From Candidatus Heimdallarchaeota archaeon (GTDB lineage: Archaea; Asgardarchaeota; Heimdallarchaeia; Heimdallarchaeales; Heimdallarchaeaceae): a DNA stretch of 64,000 bases. The stretch is from contig JAUVXV010000001.1 in assembly GCA_030603365.1 (NCBI GenBank), forward strand, positions 256,001-320,000. The letters run 5' to 3'. The position numbers were made by a program, and so were the translations under genes. The notes under the pieces were generated by a model, which had not been told where the DNA came from, searched no databases, and saw nothing but the letters and a program-made list of their open reading frames with translations. Shown piece after piece: positions 20,346-30,608 of the stretch; positions within the stretch are counted from its first letter, which is position 1; the number at the start of each line of letters is the position of its first letter.

Positions 20346-21161
20346 CTAATCTAAGGAGTAACTAAAGAGAGAAGAATCTTCGTTTTCCTTCTTTAATTTG
20401 GTTCTAAAGCGGTAAACCTTTCTTTTAATCTTAGTTTCTTCTTCATCTGTAATTCTCTCAAGATATTTCCAGAATAGGTTTTGTTCTTCTTTCTTCTTAA
20501 AGTAAGTTGATATAAGTGCCCCTATAACAACAGCAGCTGATTTCGTTACTTCTAGTTTTGGAATAGCTTTTGAATGAACTAAATCGTAACCCACTATCTC
20601 CATATCTGACAATTTATCTAAGTGCTGTGGATAAACAGACATCATATGATTTATTATCTGACAATATTGATCTTTTAGTTTCAAAGTGTAACCAAGTTTC
20701 CTAATTTTCGCGATGTATCTTTTTTGAATTAACTCAATTTGCACTTTTTTCATTTCATTATAGCTAAACGATCTCCCACTGCTGAGCCCTTCCATATTTT
20801 CCCTTAGTGTTTCAAAATGACTAGGTGTAAGCTTCTCATAAACTGAAGCCAGTAAATTATCTAGTATTGCAAGGAAATTTATTATTATTTGATTTTTTGT
20901 AAAATGCCTACTTTCATTCAATTTTTTAACGATAAATAATAGTTGCAGATTCTCAAATTGAGCTACAGCCTGGATAAGAAATTCACGGGGTACATGTTCT
21001 TGAAGTAAATCAATTAATTCATCAATACAATCTTGAACTCTTTCTTCTTGTCTATCAAGTGATTGTAGGAATTTATCCTTCGTGCTAATTTCAACGTCAA
21101 TTAGGGAAGATATCAACTCTTTCTTTAGATTATTATTATCTCCTCTAATGACCTCTGTCAT
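20346..21161 (-). CDS. Hypothetical all-alpha protein (possible divergent TFB/cyclin fold)
   Basis: 271-aa ORF in an otherwise empty interval. Only weak by-eye resemblance to TFB repeats. Confidence 0.6.
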   Translation of the reverse strand: MTEVIRGDNNNLKKELISSLIDVEISTKDKFLQSLDRQEERVQDCIDELIDLLQEHVPREFLIQAVAQFENLQLLFIVKKLNESRHFTKNQIIINFLAILDNLLASVYEKLTPSHFETLRENMEGLSSGRSFSYNEMKKVQIELIQKRYIAKIRKLGYTLKLKDQYCQIINHMMSVYPQHLDKLSDMEIVGYDLVHSKAIPKLEVTKSAAVVIGALISTYFKKKEEQNLFWKYLERITDEEETKIKRKVYRFRTKLKKENEDSSLFSYSLD

Positions 21162-21282
21162 AATACTTTCAAAATATAATACTTACTTTCGCTTATATAC
21201 ACGGAAAAATTTCGAAATGAATTTTAGAAAACAAATGCATCAGTATAAATAATCGCACAGATAATACTATACAGATACGGAA

Positions 21283-21429
21283 ATGCCCAGATGGAGAAAG
21301 GATAAGCTAGAAAGAGAACAAGTAAGAAAGAAGAAAAAACATGAGAAACTAGATCAAGCATATAGAAAAAGAATGAAAAAAGGGTATGATGAAGGTCTAT
21401 CACAAAACCTACGCTTTCGCGCTAAATAA
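21283..21429 (+). CDS. Small very basic protein (48 aa), not in the ORF track
   Basis: MPRWRKDKLEREQVRKKKKHEKLDQAYRKRMKKGYDEGLSQNLRFRAK*. TATA-like GTATAAAT at 21243-21250. Confidence 0.6.
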   Translation: MPRWRKDKLEREQVRKKKKHEKLDQAYRKRMKKGYDEGLSQNLRFRAK

Positions 21430-21444
21430 GCTCGTTAACCAAAC

Positions 21445-22902
21445 TCAAATTTGCTCTACTTTTTGGTTGAAATCAATAATCAACTCGTCTATTGGACCTA
21501 CTGAATCCTGTATTGATTTCCAGTAATTAGGGTCATACCATTGGGCATTTAGTTCATCTAAATCTCTGGCTTGTTGCTCAATCCACGTATAATACTTCAA
21601 ATGATGAATTCTTTTTCTTTGTATATAATTAAGCTCAAGCATATTATCTGTTTTCTGCCCAGCTAGATTTGAGTGAAAAGAACGTATTGCATCATCACTA
21701 GTAAAAGTTCCTTGATGTTCATTCATTTCAACTAATCTTGATTGATAAAGTTCCATTGAATCAGTATAGACTGTGAGAACTACATCTTCGCTTGTTAATT
21801 CGAAATATTTAGCATATTTTATGGCCATTAACATATTAGCAATACTTGATATTCCCAAAAGATGTAATTGATTGATTATTTCATCTGAAACACCCCTATC
21901 TCTCAGATATTTATGTCCCGCAGGTTCGTTAAATAATCTCATGATTTGTTGTGTATCTTTATCATCAATTGCTATAACCATGTCAGTATTCTTTACATTA
22001 TGAATCCATGGAATGTGTTTATCACCAATGCCTTCAATTGTATGTGCACCATAACCATTCAGTAGCATTGTTGGACATTGTAAAGCCTCACCTGCTACTA
22101 TATTCATTCGAGGATAGATTTCTTTAAGAAAATCACCACATGCTATGGTTCCTGCTGATCCTGTTGTTAGAACCAATCCATGAGGTTTTTTACCTTCTAG
22201 TTCTGTCTCGAGGACTTCTTTCATTGCATTTCCTGTCACATCATAGTGCCACAGGTAATTTCCAAATTCATCAAATTGATTGAAAACAAAAATATTGTCT
22301 CTAGTTTTTCTTAATTCCCAAACCTTATCAAAGATTTCCTTAACATTACTCTCACTTCCAGGGGTCTTAATTATCTCACCGGCAACAGTCTGTAACCATT
22401 CAAACCGTTCTGCAGACATTTCTTCTGGAAGAATAGCTATAGATTCACAAGCTAGAAGTGTTGCATCATAAGCCCCACCTCTACAATAATTTCCTGTACT
22501 AGGCCAAACGGCTTTATGTTTTACTGGATTAAATTGACCTGTAATTAGCTGGGGAACCAAACAACCGAAAGTAGCTCCTACTTTATGCGCACCTGTAGGA
22601 AAGAACTTACCAATCAGAGCGATAATCCTTGCTTCAACACCAGTTAACTCGGGAGGAAGTTCAATATAATTTGGCTTACTATATCCTCCTCCTTTGGCTA
22701 CTGGTTCATTTTTCCAAGTTATCCGAAAAAGATTTCTTGGATGTACATCCCACAGGCCTATCTCTTTTAATTCATCTTTAATCTCATTTGGAATTAAAGC
22801 AGGATTTTTCTGCTGAGCAAATGTAGGTATGATAATATTCCTTTCCTTTGCTCTTTGGATAGATTCCTTCAGGCTGATTTCATTCTTGGTTAAATTTATC
22901 AT
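21445..22902 (-). CDS. Fold-type II PLP-dependent enzyme (cysteine synthase/threonine synthase-like, uncharacterised family)
   Basis: FPTGAHKVG (PLP Lys), PSTGNY, TGSAGT and IEGIG motifs. Confidence 0.8.
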   Translation of the reverse strand: MINLTKNEISLKESIQRAKERNIIIPTFAQQKNPALIPNEIKDELKEIGLWDVHPRNLFRITWKNEPVAKGGGYSKPNYIELPPELTGVEARIIALIGKFFPTGAHKVGATFGCLVPQLITGQFNPVKHKAVWPSTGNYCRGGAYDATLLACESIAILPEEMSAERFEWLQTVAGEIIKTPGSESNVKEIFDKVWELRKTRDNIFVFNQFDEFGNYLWHYDVTGNAMKEVLETELEGKKPHGLVLTTGSAGTIACGDFLKEIYPRMNIVAGEALQCPTMLLNGYGAHTIEGIGDKHIPWIHNVKNTDMVIAIDDKDTQQIMRLFNEPAGHKYLRDRGVSDEIINQLHLLGISSIANMLMAIKYAKYFELTSEDVVLTVYTDSMELYQSRLVEMNEHQGTFTSDDAIRSFHSNLAGQKTDNMLELNYIQRKRIHHLKYYTWIEQQARDLDELNAQWYDPNYWKSIQDSVGPIDELIIDFNQKVEQI

Positions 22903-22968
22903 TATAGAAAATCAAAACTTGATATTTCTTTAAGTTTTCTAGATAAACAAATTATCTAAAACGAATTT

Positions 22969-22994
22969 CTTAAGGAAAATTCCATTTCCTTAAG
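22969..22994. promoter_or_regulatory. Perfect 10-bp inverted repeat (putative operator) between divergent genes
   Basis: CTTAAGGAAA-ATTCCA-TTTCCTTAAG. A second IR, TAGATAA-N5-TTATCTA, lies just upstream. Confidence 0.5.
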
Positions 22995-23036
22995 GCTTCA
23001 AATTGTTTAAATAGAAGTGTTCTGCTCAAACAATAA

Positions 23037-24785
23037 GTGAAGGTAGATAAAATGTCTGTGAATGAGTTAGAAAAGATTAAAGCTGATATTGTATCACAAT
23101 ATAAAGCTATGACTCCTACTTCTGCTAAACATTTTGAAGAAGCTCAAAAATGGCTTCCAGGAGGAGGAACTCGAAATGTCGCTCATTATTATCCATACCC
23201 TTTCTTTGCAGTCAAAGGTAAAGGATGTTATCTTTATGATGTAGATGGGAATGAATACATAGACGTTCTCAATAGTATGACAGTAAATATTCATGGTCAT
23301 GCGCATCCAGAAATTGCTAAAGTAATTGAAAAACAAGCCAAGGAAGGCACTTCTCATGCTGCACCTATGCAATTACAATATGACTTAGCAAAAATAATTT
23401 GTGAGAGAACTCCGTCAATTGAATTGCTTCGATTCTGTAATTCGGGTACTGAAGCTACAATGTTTGCAATTAGAGCAGCTCGTAGATATACTGGTAAGGA
23501 TAAAATCATTAAAACAGAGGGAGGTTATCATGGTTCTCATGATTATGTTGAAGTTAACATTACCCCCAATCTCACGGCAGACTATATGCCCATTGCTACT
23601 ACTGAGAAAGGTGTCCCTGATACTATTCTAAAAGATGTTTTTATCGTTCCCTACAATGATTTAGAAGCAGCAGAGAAAATTATGAAAAAACATCACAAGG
23701 ATATTGCTGCTATGATTCTAGAACCAGTTATGGGGTCTGGAGGTGGAGCGATAGCTACTAAAGAATATCTCCAAGGATTGCGAAAGTTAACTACAAAGTA
23801 TGACATCCTATTGATTTTTGATGAAGTAATTACTTTTCGTATATCAACAGGTGGAGCTCAAAAATACCACAATGTAATTCCTGATTTAACTGCTTTAGGA
23901 AAAACTATTGGGGGAGGATTACCTGTAGGAGCTTTTGGCGGAAAACGTGAGATTATAGATCAATTTAATCCAACTAAAAAAGATTTTATTACTCATTCTG
24001 GTACATTTAGTGGAAATGCCCTAACCATGGTTGCAGGAAAGGCCGCAATGGAACTTTATGATGAATCTGAAGTTAATAGACTTTCACAGTTAGGTGATCG
24101 CTTACGTGAAGGATTAAGAGGTGTTTTGAAAGATTTGAAAATAAAGGGTCAAGTTGGTGGTATTCAATCTATTGCATACGTTTACATGTTTGAAGAACCA
24201 GCGATTAATGGAAGACAAACTGTTTTCAAATTAATTCCTACACTTGAATTATCAAAATATCTGACTTTAGCACTTAATATAAATGGTATTTATGCGGTTT
24301 CAAGAGGTGTAACTGCTTTCATTCTTTCTACTCCTATGAAGGAAGATACAATTGATGAAATCGTGTTGCGATATAGAAAAGCTATGGAACTTATACTCCC
24401 CCTTTACAACCAAATTAAACCCTATGAAGGATTTGCTTCAATTATTTTTGCAATGTTAAAAGGTCTTAACACAAATCCAAAGTTCGCAGAGAATTACACG
24501 GAACACAATTATTCTCTTCTAATTGTTGCGAAAGAAGATCCGAAAGCTATAATAGTTAGAATTAAGGGTGGAGAAATCGCATTTGAACAAATTAACAATA
24601 CTACTGAAGAGATTAAAGCAGCAAAGAAAGGATGCAATGGTTCTTTAATTACTACTCAACCAACTTTCATGGGTCTTGGATTAGGAAAAGTTAATGCAGT
24701 GAGTGCAATTTTGACAGGTAAGTTAAAGATTAAAGGATTGAAATATATTCTCAAATTTACAAAATATTTTGAATTGTTGAGATAA
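23037..24785 (+). CDS. Class III aminotransferase (GSAM-like) fused to a C-terminal SCP2 lipid-binding domain
   Basis: NSGTEA, GGYHG, FDEVIT and GKTIGGG (PLP Lys). The last ~120 aa end in the SCP2-like GKVNAVSAILTGKLKIKG. Confidence 0.8.
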   Translation: MKVDKMSVNELEKIKADIVSQYKAMTPTSAKHFEEAQKWLPGGGTRNVAHYYPYPFFAVKGKGCYLYDVDGNEYIDVLNSMTVNIHGHAHPEIAKVIEKQAKEGTSHAAPMQLQYDLAKIICERTPSIELLRFCNSGTEATMFAIRAARRYTGKDKIIKTEGGYHGSHDYVEVNITPNLTADYMPIATTEKGVPDTILKDVFIVPYNDLEAAEKIMKKHHKDIAAMILEPVMGSGGGAIATKEYLQGLRKLTTKYDILLIFDEVITFRISTGGAQKYHNVIPDLTALGKTIGGGLPVGAFGGKREIIDQFNPTKKDFITHSGTFSGNALTMVAGKAAMELYDESEVNRLSQLGDRLREGLRGVLKDLKIKGQVGGIQSIAYVYMFEEPAINGRQTVFKLIPTLELSKYLTLALNINGIYAVSRGVTAFILSTPMKEDTIDEIVLRYRKAMELILPLYNQIKPYEGFASIIFAMLKGLNTNPKFAENYTEHNYSLLIVAKEDPKAIIVRIKGGEIAFEQINNTTEEIKAAKKGCNGSLITTQPTFMGLGLGKVNAVSAILTGKLKIKGLKYILKFTKYFELLR

Positions 24786-24819
24786 TGTTCTCTCTTTTCT
24801 CCTAATTATTTATTAATAG

Positions 24820-25737
24820 GTGGAATCACAAAATCCTATGGTTAGTATACGGGCTAAATTCTTCATACAAATAATGAAACGAATGTCTCTCATGAACGAT
24901 GGAATCATAGATGTTGAAAAAAAGCGTAAAAATCTTGAGAGCAATGTGTTTTTATTTAAAAAACCTAGAAAAACCAAGATTCAAAGTTTAATGATTGGTG
25001 ATATTCCTGCTGAATGGTTAAGTCAAAGGAACCAAATTGCAGACAAAGCTATTCTGTACCTGCATGGTGGCTATTATATTTCAGGATCTTTGAGTACGCA
25101 TAGAAGTATTGCTGCTAGAATCGGTAAAGTAACAAATTCTCCAGTACTAAATATAGCGTATCGTCTTGCTCCTGAAGATCCTTTTCCAGCTGGGTTGGAA
25201 GATGCTGTTGCTGCTTACAAATGGTTAATTGAAGAGAAAAAAATAGACCCTAAAAAAATAGCTATTGCTGGAGATTCTGCGGGGGGAGGACTTACCTTAG
25301 CAACACTATTAAAACTGCGAGATGAAAACATAGCTTTACCTGCCGCGGGTATAGCTCTTTCCCCATGGACAGATTTGACACTATCAGGCGATTCTATTAG
25401 AAGTAAAGTCGGGGAAGAGATAATGGTTACAGAAAATGAAGCGCATCAAGCTGCAAAAATGTATTTGGAAGAGCATGATATTAAAAATCCACTAGCATCA
25501 CCACTTTATGCCGATTTGAAAGGGTTACCACCGTTGTTAATTCAAACTGGTACATCCGAGATAATCCTTGATGATTCAACTAGGTTTGCAGAAAAAGCTG
25601 AAAAATGTGGAGTAAAAGTTGAATTAGATTTATGGCCAGGAATGTTTCATGTCTTTCAAATCTATGGTAATCTTATGCCTGAAAGTAAGAAAGCATTGGA
25701 TAAAATTGGTATCTTCTTTAAAGAATTAATACAATAA
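24820..25737 (+). CDS. HSL-family (family IV) esterase/lipase
   Basis: HGG, YRLAPE..FPA, GDSAGGGL, and E...D / GMFHVF motifs. Confidence 0.92.
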   Translation: MESQNPMVSIRAKFFIQIMKRMSLMNDGIIDVEKKRKNLESNVFLFKKPRKTKIQSLMIGDIPAEWLSQRNQIADKAILYLHGGYYISGSLSTHRSIAARIGKVTNSPVLNIAYRLAPEDPFPAGLEDAVAAYKWLIEEKKIDPKKIAIAGDSAGGGLTLATLLKLRDENIALPAAGIALSPWTDLTLSGDSIRSKVGEEIMVTENEAHQAAKMYLEEHDIKNPLASPLYADLKGLPPLLIQTGTSEIILDDSTRFAEKAEKCGVKVELDLWPGMFHVFQIYGNLMPESKKALDKIGIFFKELIQ

Positions 25738-25791
25738 AATTCAAAAAATGATATTCCGAATTTCTTATATTTTGATTAATGAATCACACTT

Positions 25792-26874
25792 ATGGAAAAA
25801 TATTCTATGTCTGGTATAGATTTATCTGAACGTTTCTTTTATGAAGTAGTTAAAAGTATGATAGAAACAGAATTTCCGGATTTAAAATATGCAGCTGCCC
25901 TTATTGGGCAAGGCTCAGAAGTATTAGGTTTGGATGATGAAATATCCAAAGATCATGATTGGGGAATACGTTTATTTCTATTTATAGAGGAATCAAAATA
26001 TGATTCTCTTAAGCAAACCATGGATGAACTGTTTAAAACGAGATTGCCTTATGATTTCCTAGGTTACTCCACAAATTGGGTATTTAATAAAGATAAAACT
26101 ATGAGACCCGAGCTAATAGAAGAAGGAGAAGTAAACCATCGAATTGGGATTTATTCAGTGAAATCTTATCTCAAAGAATATTTGGAGATTGAAACTTTGG
26201 ATCTCTCAGAGAAAGAATGGTTAGTTTTACCCGAACAAAAGCTATTGGAATTTACTTCTGGGAAGATTTTCTTTAATAACAATTTAGGCGAATTAACTGT
26301 GGCTAGATCCAAACTTCATTATTTTCCTGATAATGTGTGGAAATACAAGATTCTTTCACAATGGAATCATATCTCACAAGAAATCGCTTTTGTTGGAAGA
26401 ACAAGATTACTCGGTGATGAATTAGGAACAAGAATTGAAGCATCAAGATTGGTAAGATTACTTATAATAATGGCTTTCATTCTAAAGAGAAGATATGTGC
26501 CATATTCAAAGTGGTTAACAATAGTTTTTCAACAGTTGCCAATTGCGAAGAAATTGTATCCATTATTATTGGATATTATGAAGGAAACTGAAGGAGAAAA
26601 CAGAGAACAAAAACTGTGTGAAGCTTATTTACTAATCTTAGAAGAACAAAACAAACTAAAAATTTCACCAGAGATTGAAGGTAAAATGAAACCGTTCTTT
26701 ACCAGATCCATAATGGTAATTAATGTTGATGATATAATAACAGAATTAGAGAAAATCATAGAACCTCCTTTGAAAGATCTGAAACAATTAGGTTCGATTG
26801 ATCAATTTATAGACTGTACAGATATACAATGTAGCTCTAAACTAGCAAAAAATACTAAAGGATTTTTTGATTGA
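25792..26874 (+). CDS. DUF4037-family protein (nucleotidyltransferase-like)
   Basis: GQGSEVLG.DD.IS.DHDWG and YVPYSKW motifs. Confidence 0.75.
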   Translation: MEKYSMSGIDLSERFFYEVVKSMIETEFPDLKYAAALIGQGSEVLGLDDEISKDHDWGIRLFLFIEESKYDSLKQTMDELFKTRLPYDFLGYSTNWVFNKDKTMRPELIEEGEVNHRIGIYSVKSYLKEYLEIETLDLSEKEWLVLPEQKLLEFTSGKIFFNNNLGELTVARSKLHYFPDNVWKYKILSQWNHISQEIAFVGRTRLLGDELGTRIEASRLVRLLIIMAFILKRRYVPYSKWLTIVFQQLPIAKKLYPLLLDIMKETEGENREQKLCEAYLLILEEQNKLKISPEIEGKMKPFFTRSIMVINVDDIITELEKIIEPPLKDLKQLGSIDQFIDCTDIQCSSKLAKNTKGFFD

Positions 26875-28347
26875 TTATTTCAAAATCCCTATACGTACAT
26901 TTTCAAATCTAGTAGGAGCAATTCCGTGCCCTACATACGCTGCTTGTCCTGGTTCTCCTTTTCCACAATTTGGAGTTCCAAAGGTTTTCCAGTGTTTTCT
27001 ATTACATATACCACTAACATTTCCCCAGAATTCCGGAGTAATCCCTTCATAGGTTGGATTCTTAATCATATCTGTCATCTCTCCATTTTCTATTCTCCAT
27101 CCTATTTCAGTACCAAACTGGAAATTCATTCTGATATCATCAATACTCCAACTTCTATTTGTTTCTAAGAAGTATCCATCTTTTGTATCTGCAATAAGTT
27201 CATCAAAATCCCAATCCCCAGGTTCCAGATTAACGTTTGTCATTCTTATAATTGGTATCCTATCATATCCCATGGCTCTAGCAGCACCTGAGCTTCTTTC
27301 AAGACCAATTGCCTTGGCAGTTTCTCTGGAAGATAGATATCCAGTAAATACACCTTTATCGACCAAGATATTTCTCTGAGCTTTGACACCTTCATGATCA
27401 TAGTAGAAAGTACCCAACCCTCCAGAAACTGTTGCATCAGCTACCATAGTTACTTGTTCATTGCCATACTTAAAATCAGTTCCAAGAAGATTAGTGGTTA
27501 GAAAACTTGTTCCTGCATATGCTGCCTCATAACCCATTGCTCTATCTAATTCAGTAGGATGACCACAGCTTTCGTGAACTTGAAGAGCTAATTGAGAATG
27601 ACCTAGAATAATTGTTGAATTTCCACTAGGCATTTTTTTAGCTGTGAGTAACTCTATAGCTTCTTTAGCTGCTTTTTCAGATGCTTCTATGAGTTGAAGA
27701 CCTTCAAAATACTCATAACCTTCAGTATGAAAGTCACCCCTGAAACTCGCAGGAAGACTTCTAGTTTGAGCTTCTCCACCATCTACAGCTGTAGAAGATA
27801 CACCACCTCCACACCAAGTAATTGTTTGATTAATTTTGGTTCCTTCTGTAGTGTGCAAGATCATGTGGTCTTTTCGACTAACATAGTGACTTGTAGCTAC
27901 CTTAATTTTATCAGAAAAAGCTTTGGCTCTTCTAGAACTTTCTTCCAAGATTTCTATCTTCTCTTTTAATTCAACATCAAAAGGATCCTTTTTCATGGGG
28001 GTAGAAACCTTATCCTCATAAATTGGTTCTTCTGCAAACTCTATGTCAAACTTTTTCACCATTGATGATGCTTTAGCAATCTTAACAGCTTGTTTTGCTA
28101 ATTCAGTAACTGAGTTTCTAGTTAGTTCATTTGTACTAGCAAACCCCCAACTTTTGTTAACCAAACATCTTATCCCTATCCCTCTTTTATCAACTCTGTT
28201 AAGTCTTTCAAGTGAGTTATTTTTAAAAGAAATATCTTCCATAAAGGTATGCATGAACTTTACATCAGCATATTGTGCTCCCTCTTTCTCTGAACATTTT
28301 ATTCCATAAGAAACTAGGTCTTCTAAATTCTCTACTTTATCTTGCAT
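26875..28347 (-). CDS. tldD: TldD metalloprotease
   Basis: HESCGHPTE, RMTN and CGKGEPGQ motifs. Confidence 0.92.
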   Translation of the reverse strand: MQDKVENLEDLVSYGIKCSEKEGAQYADVKFMHTFMEDISFKNNSLERLNRVDKRGIGIRCLVNKSWGFASTNELTRNSVTELAKQAVKIAKASSMVKKFDIEFAEEPIYEDKVSTPMKKDPFDVELKEKIEILEESSRRAKAFSDKIKVATSHYVSRKDHMILHTTEGTKINQTITWCGGGVSSTAVDGGEAQTRSLPASFRGDFHTEGYEYFEGLQLIEASEKAAKEAIELLTAKKMPSGNSTIILGHSQLALQVHESCGHPTELDRAMGYEAAYAGTSFLTTNLLGTDFKYGNEQVTMVADATVSGGLGTFYYDHEGVKAQRNILVDKGVFTGYLSSRETAKAIGLERSSGAARAMGYDRIPIIRMTNVNLEPGDWDFDELIADTKDGYFLETNRSWSIDDIRMNFQFGTEIGWRIENGEMTDMIKNPTYEGITPEFWGNVSGICNRKHWKTFGTPNCGKGEPGQAAYVGHGIAPTRFENVRIGILK

Positions 28348-28404
28348 AAGTGCTCTTTTTTCTTCTTGTTATAAATACTTTCTACAAAATTAGTAGGTGG
28401 TTAC

Positions 28405-29292
28405 TTAAAAATCGAGAATTTCACTTATTTCTTCTAAACCCGGTATTCGTTTTTTCTTTGAAGAAAACAACCCTCGAATTTTGATTGTTTCACCTATATT
28501 TAGACTCTTATCATCAGAAATCAATTCAAGGCCTATTTTTGCAGTCTTCAACTCTTCTCTGAAATACTTGTTTTTTATCAGAGTATGAATGGGATCAATC
28601 AGAATTCGAAGAACCTCAATAGAGTTTAATATTTCATCCATTACTATCGGTGGTTTAAGGTATAAGACATTCAGAATAATCCCGTTTTCGATATTACTTA
28701 TAACTTCTAGAGAGTTTAGTAACTCTCGTTCTAGTTTTGATATGTTTCGTTCTGTAGGAGGAATTTCTTCTTCAAAGAAATAAGTGACCATTTCTTCAAG
28801 AACTTCACAGCACCTACTCTCTTCAATCTGATAACCTATTTCTTTAGAATAGTATTTATTATCAGTTGATCCAGAGTCATTATCTTCAGAAAGATAGCTT
28901 ACTTCTTGTACTAACTTGTAAAGTGTATGATAGATAGAAGATATTTTATTTATTAATTTTGCATTTTCACGATGATTCTGCGCTAATTTATGCGTAAGAT
29001 CATTTATTTTCTCCAAATGTGTTGATATTTGTTCAAATTCATAGGGAGATATTTTATCATCTTCAAGCATTGAGTCAATTTGCCACCCATAATTTGTACA
29101 TTCTAGAACAATATCTTCTAAGTCCTTCAATGCCTTAGATTCATCCAAAGGGAGTGAAAAATTCTCTTCTCTAAAACTCTTAGCAATTGCCTTCATTTGT
29201 TTGAGTTTTTCTAGCCTTTCTCTCAAAGGAATGCTAAGAGGATACTCGCTGTTCATATAATTTCCTACTCTACTACCATATAGAAAAGGCAT
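28405..29292 (-). CDS. Hypothetical helical protein
   Basis: 295-aa ORF with no recognised family. Confidence 0.6.
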   Translation of the reverse strand: MPFLYGSRVGNYMNSEYPLSIPLRERLEKLKQMKAIAKSFREENFSLPLDESKALKDLEDIVLECTNYGWQIDSMLEDDKISPYEFEQISTHLEKINDLTHKLAQNHRENAKLINKISSIYHTLYKLVQEVSYLSEDNDSGSTDNKYYSKEIGYQIEESRCCEVLEEMVTYFFEEEIPPTERNISKLERELLNSLEVISNIENGIILNVLYLKPPIVMDEILNSIEVLRILIDPIHTLIKNKYFREELKTAKIGLELISDDKSLNIGETIKIRGLFSSKKKRIPGLEEISEILDF

Positions 29293-29338
29293 TCCAAATC
29301 ATTAAAACATTTGCATTTTCAAAAATAGAGAAAAAGGT

Positions 29339-30496
29339 TTACTCCTTTTTCAACGAGTAAGTTTCTATTAAGGTATCATAAACCAGATTTGCATAATCTA
29401 TTACTTCTTGTTTTTCAGTGAATTCATCTGTAACATGTAGCTGATCAAGTTTTCCTGGCCCCATTATAACAAACGGAGTATTATATTCAGGAATTAACAT
29501 TGCTCCATCTGTTCCATAATTTAAACCAATGATTTTTTCCTTGCCAATTTCAAATGCCTTCTGTTTTAGAGTTTTCACAACTTCATCTTCTCTACTTAAT
29601 TCTAATGCAGGAATTTCATGTATAATCTCAATCTCAGCTCTTGCAGGGCCTTCAAAATTATATTCATCTATAATTTCCAAAATCTTACGTTTGACTCCTT
29701 CACGTAGATTGTCTGCTACAAGCCTGTAATCACATCTGAATTCACAATATTCAGGTACTACATTAATCAGAGTTCCACCTGAAATTTTTCCAATATTAAG
29801 TGTTGATTTTCCTAGAACTTCATGACTGAACTCTGGAACTGCTTCTTTCATTTTTGGGATAAGACTAGCAGCTCCTTCAATGGCACTAATTCCTAAATGT
29901 GGTGTTGAACCATGTGCTGATTTTCCAAAGACTTTAACTTTAATCCATAGGGTTCCTTTTTCAGCTATCCCCACTTGTAATTCAGTTGGTTCTCCAACAA
30001 GAACAAATTCACATCCTTCCATTATGCCATCCTGTTTTGCTGCTAGAGAGCCATCCATTCCAATTTCCTCATCTGATGTTCCTAAGAAAAGTATCTTCTT
30101 ATTCAGTTTGATTTTATTTTCTTTTAATGCAATAAGAACTGCGATAAAAGCAGCAACCGCTCCTTTCATATCTGTTGAACCTCTCCCATAAATCATCCCA
30201 TTATGTTCTTCAGCTGCAAAAGGCGGATATTTCCATCTTGTTTCATCCCCCGCGGGGACTGTATCTAAATGACCTGTTAATATGATTGTAATTCTTCCTT
30301 CTCCATAGGATGCTATAACATTTGCTTTCCCCTCTGCATACTCTTGAATCTTAGTTTCAATTCCAAATTTCTCAAAAATATTTTTGATATACTCTACTGC
30401 ATCAAGTGTCTTACCAGGAGGATTTTCTGTTTTAATTTTAATTAGATTCTTCAATATAGGTATAACATCTTCTTCGGTAATTTTCATATCTCTCAT
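29339..30496 (-). CDS. M20 family metallohydrolase (ArgE/DapE-like)
   Basis: GHLDTVP, GRGSTDMKG, DEE, GEPT, and H..DE motifs. Confidence 0.92.
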   Translation of the reverse strand: MRDMKITEEDVIPILKNLIKIKTENPPGKTLDAVEYIKNIFEKFGIETKIQEYAEGKANVIASYGEGRITIILTGHLDTVPAGDETRWKYPPFAAEEHNGMIYGRGSTDMKGAVAAFIAVLIALKENKIKLNKKILFLGTSDEEIGMDGSLAAKQDGIMEGCEFVLVGEPTELQVGIAEKGTLWIKVKVFGKSAHGSTPHLGISAIEGAASLIPKMKEAVPEFSHEVLGKSTLNIGKISGGTLINVVPEYCEFRCDYRLVADNLREGVKRKILEIIDEYNFEGPARAEIEIIHEIPALELSREDEVVKTLKQKAFEIGKEKIIGLNYGTDGAMLIPEYNTPFVIMGPGKLDQLHVTDEFTEKQEVIDYANLVYDTLIETYSLKKE

Positions 30497-30608
30497 ATCT
30501 GTTTTGACTTAATATGTTTTTAACTTTTCAGTTAAAATAAGATTCTTCCCCTCCAACAAAGATTTTTTGTAGTTAATAAAGAATAGAATACTAGGAATTG
30601 ATGGTTAT

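Noticed and set aside
29030-29075. EF-hand-like DDKISPYE in the 295-aa hypothetical protein
   Set aside because: Single incomplete motif lacking the canonical ligand spacing and Gly.
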